A stretch of 64,000 bases of DNA from a bacterium (GTDB lineage Bacteria > Zhuqueibacterota > Zhuqueibacteria > Residuimicrobiales > Krinioviventaceae): positions 1,472,001-1,536,000 of the forward strand of contig CAXXMD010000003.1 in NCBI GenBank assembly GCA_963675755.2, in the 5' to 3' direction. This document shows, piece by piece, positions 18,760 through 29,533 of the stretch; the stretch's first letter is position 1; every line of letters starts with the position of its first letter. The position numbers and the translations under genes were made by a program. The notes under the pieces are model-generated. The model was not told the origin of the DNA. It did not search any database and saw only the letters and a list, made by a program, of their open reading frames with translations.

Positions 18760-21700
18760 ATGTCAAGAAAAATGGTAACATTAGACGGTAACGAAGCTGC
18801 CGCCTATGTGGCCCATAAGGTGAATGAAGTTATAGCAATATATCCAATTACTCCATCTTCTCCGATGGGTGAATGGTCTGATGCTTTTTCAGCCGCCGGG
18901 CAAAAGAACATCTGGGGTACTGTCCCCCAGGTTGTAGAAATGCAGAGTGAAGGTGGTGCTTCAGGTGCTGTTCATGGTGCATTGCAGACTGGTGCTTTAA
19001 CCACTACATTCACTGCGTCTCAGGGATTGCTGCTCATGATCCCAAATATGTTCAAAATTGCCGGTGAATTAACATCAACCGTATTTCACGTTTCAGCCCG
19101 TACAGTTGCTACTCATGCGCTTTCAATTTTTGGTGATCATAGTGATATTTTGGCCACTCGCTCAACTGGTTGGGCTTTGCTGGCTTCTAATTCAATTCAG
19201 GAAATTATGGATTTTGCATTAATATCGCAGGCAGCAACTCTGGATACACGTGTTCCTTTTATTCACTTTTTTGATGGTTTTAGATCATCTCATGAAGTTC
19301 AAAAAGTAGAACAATTAACAGTTGATGATATCAAAGCCATGATCGATGATGATAAAGTATTGGAACATCGTTCACGTGGTTTAACTCCTGATAATCCTGT
19401 TATTCGTGGTACTGCACAAAACCCGGATGTTTTCTTTCAGGCGCGCGAAACTGTAAATCCATTTTATAATGTTTGTCCTGAAAAAGTTCAAAATGCTATG
19501 GATAAATTTGCAAAAATCGTTGGTCGTCAATATAATCTTTTCGATTATGTTGGAGATCCAGATGCTGAACGCGTAATAATTCTTATGGGTTCAGGTGCAG
19601 AAGCAGCACAGGAAGCTGTAGAATATATGAATTCTCAAGGTGAAAAAGTGGGTATGATCAAAGTAAGATTGTATCGTCCTTTCTCAGCTGAACATTTTAT
19701 TAGAGCAATTCCTGCTTCTGTAAAAACACTGGGTGTTCTTGATCGTACAAAAGAACCCGGTTCAACTGGTGAACCTCTTTATAATGATGTACTTACAGTG
19801 CTTGGTGAAATGAACCAGGATGGTAAATTACCTTTTGCTTTACCAAAGGTTATTGGCGGACGTTATGGTCTTTCTTCAAAAGAATTTACTCCTGCTATGG
19901 TAAAAGGTATTTTTGACAATCTGGCTCAAGATAAACCAAAAAATCATTTTACTGTTGGTATTAATGAAGATTTAACCCATTCAAGTCTCGATTATGATCC
20001 AACATACTCTACTGAAAGTGATGATGTAGTTAGAGCTATTTTCTACGGTTTGGGTTCAGATGGTACTGTTGGTGCTAACAAAAACTCTATCAAAATTATT
20101 GGTGAAGAAACAGACAATTTTGCACAGGGTTATTTTGTATATGATTCTAAAAAAGCCGGTTCGGTTACTGTATCTCACTTGCGATTCGGACCCAAAGAAA
20201 TTCATTCCACTTATTTAATCGATCAAGCTAACTTTGTAGCATGCCACCAACAATTTTTTATTGAAAAATTCAATGTTGTTGAAAAAGCAGCCGACGGTGC
20301 AACATTTTTGTTAAACTCTTTGGCTAGCCCTGAAGAAGTTTGGAACACTCTTGCGAAACCCATTCAGAAAACAATTATTGATAAAAAAATGAAATTGTAT
20401 GTAATTGACGCATATGATGTTGCCAAGAAAACCGGTATGGGTGTAAGAATCAATACTATCATGCAGACCTGTTTCTTTGCTATCTCTGGTGTTCTTCCCA
20501 AAGATGAAGCTATTGAATACATCAAGGGCGCAATCAAGAAAACATACAGTAAAAAAGGTGACCAGATTGTACAGATGAACTATAAAGCTGTTGATGAAAC
20601 ACTTGCTCATCTGCATGAAGTAAAAATTACGGATTCAGTAACAAGCGATAAAGATATGCCACAACTGATTCCTGATGATGCACCTGAATTTGTGAAAAAT
20701 GTAGTTTCTAAAATTATTGTAAATAAAGGTGATGATGTTCCAACAAGTGCTTTCCCTGTAGATGGTACTTTTGAAAGTGGCACTACTCAATTTGATAAAC
20801 GCAATATTGCACTTGATATTCCGGAATGGGATCCTGAAACCTGTATTCAATGTAACAAATGTGCTATGGTTTGTCCTCATGCTGCAATCAGACCCAAAGT
20901 TTATGATCCTAAAAACTTGTCTGGTGCTCCGGAAAAATTCAAATCTGTTAAAGCACGTGGTAAAGATTTTCCTGAAGACTGGGTATTTACACTCCAGGTT
21001 GCTCCTGAAGATTGTACCGGTTGTACCCTTTGTGTTGAAGTTTGTCCTGCAAAGAACAAAAAAGAAGTTGGTAAAAAAGCAATCAACATGGTTCCACAAC
21101 CACCTATCCGTGAAGCTGAACGTGAAAACTATAAATTCTTCCTTGATATCCCAGAACCGGATAGAAGAGAAGTTAAAGTTGGAACTGTTAAAGGTTCACA
21201 ATTACTTCGTCCATTATTTGAATATTCTGGTGCTTGTGCTGGCTGTGGTGAAACACCATATGTAAAACTGCTTTCACAATTATTTGGTGATCGTAGTGTT
21301 ATTGCTAATGCAACCGGTTGTTCTTCAATTTACGGTGGTAACTTGCCAACCTTCCCCTATACAAAAGATCAAAATGGTCGTGGACCCGCATGGTCAAATT
21401 CATTATTTGAAGACAATGCTGAATTTGGTATGGGTTTTAGAATGACCCTTGATAAACAAAATGAATTTGCTCGTGAATTGGTTCAAACCCTTTCAGCAGA
21501 AATTGGTGATACATTAGCAAAAGAATTATTGGAAGCTGATCAAGCTGATGAATCCGGAATTCATGATCAACGTGAACGTGTAAAAAAATTAAAAGAAAAA
21601 CTAGCTGGTAATTCTTCTCAGGAAGCAAAGCATTTGCTTTCACTTGCAGATAAACTGGTTAAAAAGAGTGTTTGGATTTTAGGTGGAGACGGATGGGCCT

Positions 21701-22329
21701 ATGATATTGGTTATGGCGGTTTAGACCATGTATTGGCTTCTGGTCGTAACATCAACATCTTGGTAATGGACACCGAAGTTTATTCAAATACAGGTGGCCA
21801 GATGTCAAAATCTACTCCTCTTGGAGCAGTAGCAAAATTTGCAGCTGCTGGTAAACCTTTGCCGAAAAAAGATGCTGGTATGATCTTTATGACATATGGA
21901 AATATTTATGTAGCACGTGTTGCTATGGGTTATAATGATCTCCAGGTTGTAAAAGCAATGATGGAAGCAGATGCATATGATGGTCCAAGTATCATTTTTG
22001 CATATTCTCATTGTATTGCTCATGGTATCAATATGGCAAAAGGAATGGAAGAGCAAAAAGCTGCGGTTGAAAGCGGTCATTACCAGTTATTCCGTTTCAA
22101 TCCAGAAAACGCTGCTGAAGGTAAAAATCCATTAATATTGGATTCCAAACCTCCAAAAATTACTTTTGAAGATTTTGCTTACCGTGAAAATCGCTTTAAA
22201 ATGCTGACTAAATCACAACCCGAACGTGCAAAAATGCTGTTAGGTCTTGCTCAGGAAGATATTACCAAACGCATTAAAATCTATCAGGAATGGGCAGCAA
22301 TGGATTATAGTAACGGTAATGAAGAATAA
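18760..22329 (+). CDS. nifJ: pyruvate:ferredoxin (flavodoxin) oxidoreductase, homodimeric type
   Basis: DGNEAAA, YPITPSS, MQSEGGA, two CxxCxxCxxxCP ferredoxin motifs, GACAGCGE, GDGWAYDIG TPP motif. Start at ATG 18760 after GGAGG. Confidence 0.97.
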   Translation: MSRKMVTLDGNEAAAYVAHKVNEVIAIYPITPSSPMGEWSDAFSAAGQKNIWGTVPQVVEMQSEGGASGAVHGALQTGALTTTFTASQGLLLMIPNMFKIAGELTSTVFHVSARTVATHALSIFGDHSDILATRSTGWALLASNSIQEIMDFALISQAATLDTRVPFIHFFDGFRSSHEVQKVEQLTVDDIKAMIDDDKVLEHRSRGLTPDNPVIRGTAQNPDVFFQARETVNPFYNVCPEKVQNAMDKFAKIVGRQYNLFDYVGDPDAERVIILMGSGAEAAQEAVEYMNSQGEKVGMIKVRLYRPFSAEHFIRAIPASVKTLGVLDRTKEPGSTGEPLYNDVLTVLGEMNQDGKLPFALPKVIGGRYGLSSKEFTPAMVKGIFDNLAQDKPKNHFTVGINEDLTHSSLDYDPTYSTESDDVVRAIFYGLGSDGTVGANKNSIKIIGEETDNFAQGYFVYDSKKAGSVTVSHLRFGPKEIHSTYLIDQANFVACHQQFFIEKFNVVEKAADGATFLLNSLASPEEVWNTLAKPIQKTIIDKKMKLYVIDAYDVAKKTGMGVRINTIMQTCFFAISGVLPKDEAIEYIKGAIKKTYSKKGDQIVQMNYKAVDETLAHLHEVKITDSVTSDKDMPQLIPDDAPEFVKNVVSKIIVNKGDDVPTSAFPVDGTFESGTTQFDKRNIALDIPEWDPETCIQCNKCAMVCPHAAIRPKVYDPKNLSGAPEKFKSVKARGKDFPEDWVFTLQVAPEDCTGCTLCVEVCPAKNKKEVGKKAINMVPQPPIREAERENYKFFLDIPEPDRREVKVGTVKGSQLLRPLFEYSGACAGCGETPYVKLLSQLFGDRSVIANATGCSSIYGGNLPTFPYTKDQNGRGPAWSNSLFEDNAEFGMGFRMTLDKQNEFARELVQTLSAEIGDTLAKELLEADQADESGIHDQRERVKKLKEKLAGNSSQEAKHLLSLADKLVKKSVWILGGDGWAYDIGYGGLDHVLASGRNINILVMDTEVYSNTGGQMSKSTPLGAVAKFAAAGKPLPKKDAGMIFMTYGNIYVARVAMGYNDLQVVKAMMEADAYDGPSIIFAYSHCIAHGINMAKGMEEQKAAVESGHYQLFRFNPENAAEGKNPLILDSKPPKITFEDFAYRENRFKMLTKSQPERAKMLLGLAQEDITKRIKIYQEWAAMDYSNGNEE

Positions 22330-22344
22330 TAGAATTGTTTAGAT

Positions 22345-22374
22345 TGCAGCGCATTAAGCGCTGCATGTCTTTTT
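22345..22374 (+). terminator. intercistronic hairpin after nifJ
   Basis: TGCAGCGC-ATTAA-GCGCTGCA followed by TGTCTTTTT. Confidence 0.55.
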
Positions 22375-22404
22375 AAACACGAAATTTCGAAAGGATAGCG
22401 AAAT

Positions 22405-23409
22405 ATGGATTTAACAACCAAATATATGGGATTAACTTTAAAAAATCCTCTTGTACCATCTGCTTCTCCGCTATCAAAAGATTTGGATAATATAAAGAAA
22501 CTTGAAGATGCTGGTGCGTCTGCAATCGTTTTATACTCTTTATTTGAAGAACAGATCAATTTTGAAGCGAGCGAAATGGACTACTTTTTAACAAGAGGAA
22601 CTCACAGTTTTGCTGAAGCTTTATCTTATTTTCCTGAATCTGATGATTATTACAGAGGACCTGAAGAATATCTTGAACACATTCAGGCTGTAAAAAAATC
22701 AACCAATATTCCTGTAATTGCCAGTTTAAATGGTGTATCAACAGGTGGTTGGATTGACTATGCTAAAAAAATGCAGGATGCAGGTGCAGATGCGCTTGAA
22801 TTAAATATTTACTTTTTAGCAACTGATTCCGGTATGGAATGTCGTCAGATTGAAAATCAATATAATATTATTTTGAAAGCAGTTAAAGCTAATGTTAATA
22901 TTCCAGTTGCTGTTAAAATAGGCTCAAATTTTAGTTCTATTCCTAGAACTGCTCTTGAATTACAAGATAATGGTGCAGACGCATTGGTTATGTTTAATCG
23001 TTTTTATCAACCAGATCTGGATCTTGATGAATTGGAAGTAAAACCAGGTGTTGTTCTTTCTTCATCAAATGATCTTCGTGTACCATTGAGATGGATTGCT
23101 ATTTTAAGAGATAAAATGGACATTTCTCTTGCCGGCACCACTGGTGTTCATACTGCCCTGGATGCTTTAAAATTAATTGCAGCTGGTGCAGATGTAACTC
23201 AAATGTGTGCTTCATTGTTGGTTAATGGACCTTCTTATTTGGGAACCATTTTAGCTGATATGGAAAAATGGCTCGATGAAAAAGAATATGCTTCTCTTGA
23301 TATTCTACGTGGCAGCATGAGTCAAAAAGCTGTTGCTGATCCTGGCGCTTTTGAAAGAGCAAATTATATGAAAGCCCTGAACGAATTCAAAAATCAATAC
23401 GTTCGTTAA
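22405..23409 (+). CDS. dihydroorotate dehydrogenase-like flavoprotein (nifJ-associated family)
   Basis: LTTKYMGLTLKNPLVPSASP, SLFEEQI, DALELNIY, PVAVK, FNRFYQPD, AFERANY. Confidence 0.88.
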   Translation: MDLTTKYMGLTLKNPLVPSASPLSKDLDNIKKLEDAGASAIVLYSLFEEQINFEASEMDYFLTRGTHSFAEALSYFPESDDYYRGPEEYLEHIQAVKKSTNIPVIASLNGVSTGGWIDYAKKMQDAGADALELNIYFLATDSGMECRQIENQYNIILKAVKANVNIPVAVKIGSNFSSIPRTALELQDNGADALVMFNRFYQPDLDLDELEVKPGVVLSSSNDLRVPLRWIAILRDKMDISLAGTTGVHTALDALKLIAAGADVTQMCASLLVNGPSYLGTILADMEKWLDEKEYASLDILRGSMSQKAVADPGAFERANYMKALNEFKNQYVR

Positions 23410-23430
23410 TTCATTATTCATATTTATTTT

Positions 23431-23469
23431 AAAAACCGGATTATTTTTAAAATAATCCGGTTTTTTTTT
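23431..23469 (+). terminator. intrinsic terminator
   Basis: AAAAACCGGATTATTTT-T-AAAATAATCCGG followed by T9. Confidence 0.85.
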
Positions 23470-23564
23470 GATTGCTCCTTTTTCAATAAAAAGACTTGCA
23501 TTTTACCCAAAAAATTATTAATTATATGAGTTTTAATTTAGAACCTTAAATTGGAGAAGTCTTA

Positions 23565-23708
23565 ATGAAACGCACTTATCAACCGAGCCGTAGAAAACGT
23601 GCAAACAAACATGGTTTTCGGGAAAGAATGAGCAGTAAAAACGGACGCCTGGTATTAAAGAGAAGAAGAGCCAAAGGCAGAAAACGTTTAACCGTCAGTG
23701 ATGAATAG
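23565..23708 (+). CDS. rpmH: 50S ribosomal protein L34
   Basis: Below the ORF-track cutoff. Manual translation [47 protein letters not shown]; GGAG RBS. Confidence 0.97.
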   Translation: MKRTYQPSRRKRANKHGFRERMSSKNGRLVLKRRRAKGRKRLTVSDE

Positions 23709-23722
23709 TCGTAATAAATTTT

Positions 23723-24103
23723 GTGAAGAAAAGTCTCCCGAAAAAGATTATATTAAAAAAGAATAAATCCTTTAATAAAGTGTTTAAAAAGGGAGACAAA
23801 TTTTCTTCACAATTTTTTATGGCTTATTTAATTCCTTCTGATTCTTTACATGTTGGATTTGCTGCTCAACGAGGATACAAGAATAAACCACAACGAAATC
23901 GGTTAAAACGAATTACCCGTGAATTGTGGAGATTAAACTATAAAGAATTTAATTTTAGTTTTGATATGGTACTTGTAACTAAAATATCTGTTTTAAATAC
24001 AGAACATGATATTTTTAAAAATGATTTTAAAATCTTGTTAAATAAAATCCAACATAATTCATCTAGTTTGAATTGTGAAAAAAACAACATTAAAACATGT
24101 TAA
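23723..24103 (+). CDS. rnpA: ribonuclease P protein component
   Basis: RNRLKR motif; position directly after rpmH. Confidence 0.9.
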   Translation: MKKSLPKKIILKKNKSFNKVFKKGDKFSSQFFMAYLIPSDSLHVGFAAQRGYKNKPQRNRLKRITRELWRLNYKEFNFSFDMVLVTKISVLNTEHDIFKNDFKILLNKIQHNSSSLNCEKNNIKTC

Positions 24104-24327
24104 AAACAATCAACACAATTATAGTAAAGATATCAGTTTTATTAATTCGTTTTTATAAAATTGCTATATCACCTCTTTTTCCCAATACTTGTAGATTTTA
24201 TCCATCCTGTTCAACGTATTCAATTCAAGCATTTGAAAAGTATGGCTTTTTCAAAGGATTAATAAAATCCATTTGGAGAATTTTAAGGTGTAATCCATTT
24301 AATCCGGGCGGACATGATCCGGCATAA
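24097..24327 (+). CDS. yidD: membrane protein insertion efficiency factor
   Basis: [22 protein letters not shown]. Confidence 0.95.
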   Translation: MLKTINTIIVKISVLLIRFYKIAISPLFPNTCRFYPSCSTYSIQAFEKYGFFKGLIKSIWRILRCNPFNPGGHDPA

Positions 24328-24356
24328 TATATAATATAACAGACAAGAGTTTTTTC

Positions 24357-26138
24357 ATGAATATGGATAAAAAAACAATTTTTGCATTTTTAATGATTGG
24401 TATGGTACTCGTTCTAGTTAATACTCCTTTTTATCAAAAAACCTTTAATCCTAAAGGGTACGAAGCCAAACAAAGAATGTTAAAACAAAGACAAGCCCAA
24501 AAAATGGGTACAGTCGCAGATACTACTGTTATTACTCCGGATTCTACTGAAATTATAATAAGACAGACTAAAATTGATCAGGAACCAGCTAAAGCAGAAC
24601 CTTTGCCTTCTATTTATTCTGTGAATGATACTATCCCTGAAGAAATAGTAACTGTTGAAACAGATTATTTTTCTGCACAATTTAGTTCAAAAGGTGCTGT
24701 TTTAACACACTGGGCTTTAAAAACATTTAAAGATTATAATGATGACAATGTAGAATTGTTACCCGATTTTACTGACGAAACTTTGGGAATTTTATTTGCT
24801 ACCAAAGAAGGGGACACCCTTAATACTTCTCATATTAATTATAAAATAAATGGTAGTAATTCTATTTCTTTATCAGGGAATCAATCAAAATCTGTTAAAT
24901 TTATCCTGGATTTTGGAGATTCTAAACAATTAATCAAAGAATATATATTTTATAATAATACATATCATATGGATTTAAAAGTTCATATGGTGAATATGGA
25001 TCAAATGATTGCCGGGAAAGCCTATATTATCACAGCACCAGATGGTATGCCCAGTACAGAAAAACGTATCAAAGATGATATGCAATATGCTAAAGCCGGT
25101 TATGCATCAGGCGGTGAAGTAAACAAGAAATTTAAACCCAATGAAAAATTAAATAAAGAATCAGCAGCAATCGATTGGTTGGGTGTTAGAACCAAATATT
25201 TTACATTTACTATCATTCCTGAAAGCGTCAAGGGTGAAGCTGCATTAATATCCGGTCAGGAAATACCAGTTCCTAATTCCAAAACCAAAGCAAAATGGAA
25301 AAAGTTTTCTGTTTCTCTTGTAATGCCATTTTTTAATCAAACCAATACAGTAGATACTTATAAAATCTACCTTGGCCCACTCGATAATGATATTTTAAAA
25401 TCATACAATATTCATTTAGAAAAATTTATGGATTTTGGTGCCAAAATTATTCAACCTTTTAGTATTGCCATTCTTTGGAGTTTTAAAAAGCTTCATACTA
25501 TTATTCCTAATTATGGATTTGTGCTCATTCTTTTCTCAATACTTATCAAAATCATTGTATATCCTTTAACTCATAAAAGTTACGAGTCCATGCAAAAAAT
25601 GCAGGCATTACAACCCAAACTTACCGAGTTGAAAGAAAAATATTCAAATGATCCACAAAAATTAAATGCAGCAACCATGAACCTCTATAAAGAACAAAAA
25701 GTGAATCCTCTAGGTGGTTGTTTACCCATGCTGCTTCAAATGCCTCTTTTGTGGGGATTATTTATTGTTTTTAGAACCACAATAGAATTAAGAGGAGAGG
25801 GATTTATCTGGTGGATCAAAGATTTGGCAAGTCCCGATACTATTGCCACTTTACCATTTATGATACCCATGTATGGAGATACTGTTAATATTCTTCCATT
25901 ATTTATGGGAGCTACAATGTTAATTCAGCAAAAAATGACTATCACTGATCCTAAACAAAAAATGATGGTTTATTTTATGCCGCTTTTTCTGACATTGTTA
26001 TTTAATCAATTTCCATCTGGATTGAATTTATACTATGCATTGTTTAATATTTTATCAATAATACAACAAAAGTGGTTGGTACCCAGAAAGATGGCTGCAG
26101 AGGCTGTTGTAACCACACCGAAAAAGAAAAAGATTTAA
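24357..26138 (+). CDS. yidC: membrane protein insertase YidC
   Basis: N-terminal TM, large periplasmic domain, NPLGGCLPMLLQMP, PSGLNLY. Confidence 0.96.
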   Translation: MNMDKKTIFAFLMIGMVLVLVNTPFYQKTFNPKGYEAKQRMLKQRQAQKMGTVADTTVITPDSTEIIIRQTKIDQEPAKAEPLPSIYSVNDTIPEEIVTVETDYFSAQFSSKGAVLTHWALKTFKDYNDDNVELLPDFTDETLGILFATKEGDTLNTSHINYKINGSNSISLSGNQSKSVKFILDFGDSKQLIKEYIFYNNTYHMDLKVHMVNMDQMIAGKAYIITAPDGMPSTEKRIKDDMQYAKAGYASGGEVNKKFKPNEKLNKESAAIDWLGVRTKYFTFTIIPESVKGEAALISGQEIPVPNSKTKAKWKKFSVSLVMPFFNQTNTVDTYKIYLGPLDNDILKSYNIHLEKFMDFGAKIIQPFSIAILWSFKKLHTIIPNYGFVLILFSILIKIIVYPLTHKSYESMQKMQALQPKLTELKEKYSNDPQKLNAATMNLYKEQKVNPLGGCLPMLLQMPLLWGLFIVFRTTIELRGEGFIWWIKDLASPDTIATLPFMIPMYGDTVNILPLFMGATMLIQQKMTITDPKQKMMVYFMPLFLTLLFNQFPSGLNLYYALFNILSIIQQKWLVPRKMAAEAVVTTPKKKKI

Positions 26139-26185
26139 TTATCAAGCCCTGCCTTCAAGCGCAGGGCTTTACTTTTAGAGCATCT

Positions 26186-27553
26186 ATGAATACATATACA
26201 GATACGATTGCGGCAATTTCTACTCCTCGTGGAACCGGTGCAATAGCAATTGTTAGAATTAATGGCAATCACAGTATTGATCTGGTAGAAAAAATTTTTG
26301 TTTCAAAGAATAATAATAAATTATCTCATGCAAAAGCTACATTCGGTTCTATAATTCAAGATAACAATAGTATACTTGATCAGGTTGTCGTGACCTTATT
26401 CAAAGGACCCAATTCATTTACCGGTGAAGATCTGGTTGAAATTAGCTGTCATGGTGGACCTTTGGTTGTTCAATCTTTATTACAAAAAATACTGGACCTT
26501 GGGGCAAGACTTGCTGAACCCGGTGAATTTTCAACCAGGGCTTTTTTAAATGGCAAAATAGATCTTGTTCAGGCCGAATCAATAATTGATGTTATTCATG
26601 CACAGACACAGTCTGCACTTCAATCTTCTATGGTTGAACTAACTGGTCAATTATCTCAAAAATTTAATTATATTGCAGATACTTTAAAAGAAAATACAGC
26701 TCTTTTGGAACTTGAACTTGATTTTTCAGATGAAGATATTGAATTCGCTAAAAGAGACGAATTGCTTAAAAAATTAAAAAATATATCAACTACAATCAAT
26801 AATTTTATATCAACATTCAATTATGGACGAATAATAAGAGATGGAGCTCATATAGTAATTACAGGTAAACCAAATGTTGGTAAATCTAGTTTATTAAACA
26901 AGTTACTGGACCAGGATCGAGCTCTTGTATCTGATATTCCTGGTACAACCCGTGATTCAATTGAAGAATCTTTGAATATTCAGGGGTATTTATTTAAAAT
27001 AACGGATACTGCAGGTCTACGGCAATCTATTGATATTGTTGAGCAGGAGGGAGTTAAACGGACTCATAAGATAATTGAACAAGCAGATATTCTTTTACAC
27101 TTGATTGATATTAATGAAGAGCTTGAAATTTCTCAAGAAGTAAATATTGATAATAATAAATATCATATAATAATTATAAATAAAATCGATACTGTTCAAG
27201 AGTATAATAAAAAAAGTATAATAGATAAATTTAATTCTTTTCCTACAATTTTTACTTCAGTAAAACAGGGGATAGGAATAGCAGAAATAGAACAACAACT
27301 CTTGAGTTTTATCTCAAAAAATGAAATTCCTGAGACACATAATATAATTACCAAAGTTCGTCACAGAGACGCTTTGGTTAAAGCAGTTTCTTTTTTAGAT
27401 CATGCAATTCAATCTTTGGAAAAAAATCTATCTCCTGAATTTATTGCATTAGATCTTCGAGCTGCTCTGGATCAAATAGGTGAGATCACAGGAACGGTTA
27501 CTACCGATGATATTTTGAATGATATCTTTGGTAAATTTTGTATTGGAAAATAA
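26186..27553 (+). CDS. mnmE: tRNA modification GTPase
   Basis: DTIAAIST, GKPNVGKSS, PGTTRD, DTAG, NKID, C-terminal FCIGK. Start moved to ATG 26186. Confidence 0.96.
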   Translation: MNTYTDTIAAISTPRGTGAIAIVRINGNHSIDLVEKIFVSKNNNKLSHAKATFGSIIQDNNSILDQVVVTLFKGPNSFTGEDLVEISCHGGPLVVQSLLQKILDLGARLAEPGEFSTRAFLNGKIDLVQAESIIDVIHAQTQSALQSSMVELTGQLSQKFNYIADTLKENTALLELELDFSDEDIEFAKRDELLKKLKNISTTINNFISTFNYGRIIRDGAHIVITGKPNVGKSSLLNKLLDQDRALVSDIPGTTRDSIEESLNIQGYLFKITDTAGLRQSIDIVEQEGVKRTHKIIEQADILLHLIDINEELEISQEVNIDNNKYHIIIINKIDTVQEYNKKSIIDKFNSFPTIFTSVKQGIGIAEIEQQLLSFISKNEIPETHNIITKVRHRDALVKAVSFLDHAIQSLEKNLSPEFIALDLRAALDQIGEITGTVTTDDILNDIFGKFCIGK

Positions 27554-27578
27554 ATCTCATATACTGAAATAGAAAAAT

Positions 27579-29458
27579 ATGAATACAGATAATTTTGATG
27601 TTATTGTAATTGGTGCCGGCCACGCGGGCTGCGAAGCTGCTTTGGCTTCTTCCAGAATGGGATGTAAAACATTACTCATTACAATGAACTTATTCACCGT
27701 TGCCCAAATGTCTTGTAATCCTGCTATTGGTGGATTAGCCAAGGGACATCTTGTAAGAGAAATTGATGTAATGGGAGGGGAAATTGGTGTTGTTTCTGAT
27801 GATTCAGGTATACAGTTCAAAGTCCTGAATAAATCAAAAGGGCCGGCAGTTTGGTCTCTCAGATCTCAAAATGATCGTTTGGAATATACCATGTTTATGA
27901 AAGCTGCTCTGGAAAACGAACCTAATCTTTTTCTAAGACAGCATGATGTCCAGGGATTAATTGTAGATAAAAATGAAATAAAAGGTATAGTTACTGATAT
28001 AGGAACAAAGATACACGCAAAATCTGTTATACTCTGTTCCGGTACTTTTTTAAAAGGATTGATCCATATAGGTCTTACGCATTATCCCGGAGGACGATCC
28101 GGTGAACTTGCATCTAATCATCTCAGTCAACAATTCCGTGATTTAGGATTTATTGTAGGTAGATTAAAAACCGGTACACCTCCCAGAATAGATGGAAGAA
28201 CTGTCGACTTTGGTATGATGGAAATTCAGGATGGAGATCCGATACCCGTACCATTTTCACATAAACATGATAAAATTGAAACTGAGCAAATACCCTGTTA
28301 TTTAACAAGAACCACACAAACAACTCATGATATTTTAAGATCCGGTCTTGACAGGTCCCCTTTGTTTACCGGTGTCATTCAGGGGATAGGACCCAGATAT
28401 TGTCCATCAATAGAAGATAAAATACATCGTTTTAGTGATAAACCCAATCATCAGATCTTTTTAGAACCGGAAGGTAGAAATACAACTGAATATTATTTAA
28501 ATGGATTTGCTACAAGTCTGCCTGAAGATGTTCAAATTAAAGGTGTACATCCATACCCGGTATGGAAAAAGCAAAAATAACCCGTTTAGGGTATGCTATA
28601 GAATATGATTATTTTCCACCAACCCAGTTGTTACCTACATTAGAAACCAAATTGGTTAAAAACCTGTATTTTGCCGGTCAAATTAATGGTACATCAGGAT
28701 ATGAGGAAGCTGCTGCCCAGGGTATGTTAGCGGGTATTAATGCAGTATTAAAAATTATAAATGAAGAACCGTTTGTTCTCGATCGATCAGAAGCTTATAT
28801 GGGTGTTCTTGTAGATGACCTTGTTACAAAAGAATTAGAAGAACCCTACCGTATGTTTACATCCAGAGCTGAATACAGACTTTTATTAAGGCAGGATAAT
28901 GCTGATATTCGTCTTATGGAATATGGATACAAGTTTGGAATGATTGATTCTGCAACTCATACCGATTTATTAAAAAGAAAAGAAGAAATAGAACAATCCA
29001 TGCTCCAATTAAAACAACGTCCATCCATTGAGGATGCAAATAAAGTTCTGGAACGAAAAGGATCTTCATTAATTAAAGAAGTAGAGACGTTAGAACGATT
29101 ATTAAAACGACCGGAAATATCTATTACAGATTTTGCAGAAATTCATTCTCATCCGGTATTTTCTAATAAAGCCAATAAATTCTGGCAAAAGATACAGGAA
29201 CAGATTGAAATTGAAACAAAATACGAAGGTTTCCTGGAAAGACAAAAAAGTCAAATAGAAAAGATGAAAAACCTTGAAGAAATGAATATACCTGAAGGTA
29301 TTGATTATATTTCTATATTATCCATATCCACTGAAGGAAGAGAAAAACTTGCACGCATACAACCTAAAACCTTGGGACAAGCTTCCAGAATATTGGGTGT
29401 ATCACCCTCTGATATTTCAATTCTTATGGTTTACCTTAGTAAATGGAAAAAAGCATAG
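27579..29458 (+). pseudogene. mnmG: tRNA uridine 5-carboxymethylaminomethyl modification enzyme MnmG (GidA), split by a one-base deletion frameshift near 28550 (probably a sequencing error)
   Basis: ORF 27579..28580 carries GAGHAGCEAA, SCNPAIGG, GPRYCPSIEDK. ORF 28562..29458 carries GYAIEYDY and AGQINGTSGYEEAAAQG. Adding one base at about 28550 restores KGVHSIPGME. Confidence 0.9.
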
Positions 29459-29460
29459 AA

Positions 29461-29476
29461 TGTTCCACGTGGAACA
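29461..29476. other. parS: parS centromere-like site 1
   Basis: Perfect palindrome TGTTCCACGTGGAACA matching the Spo0J/ParB consensus. Confidence 0.95.
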
Positions 29477-29506
29477 ATTCTATATGATAAATAAATTAAT
29501 TTTGAA

Positions 29507-29522
29507 TGTTCCACGTGGAACA
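29507..29522. other. parS: parS centromere-like site 2
   Basis: Second perfect TGTTCCACGTGGAACA, 46 bp after the first. Confidence 0.95.
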
Positions 29523-29533
29523 TTGAGGAAAGC

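Noticed and set aside
26072-26185. N-terminal extension of mnmE in the ORF track
   Set aside because: It overlaps yidC and a hairpin; homology begins at MNTYTDTIAAIST (26186).
28540-28580. Programmed ribosomal frameshift in mnmG
   Set aside because: No slippery sequence or stimulatory structure, and MnmG is not known to be recoded.
29461-29522. Two identical palindromic repeats with a 30-bp spacer, resembling a mini CRISPR
   Set aside because: Only two copies, an exact match to the parS consensus, and no cas genes.
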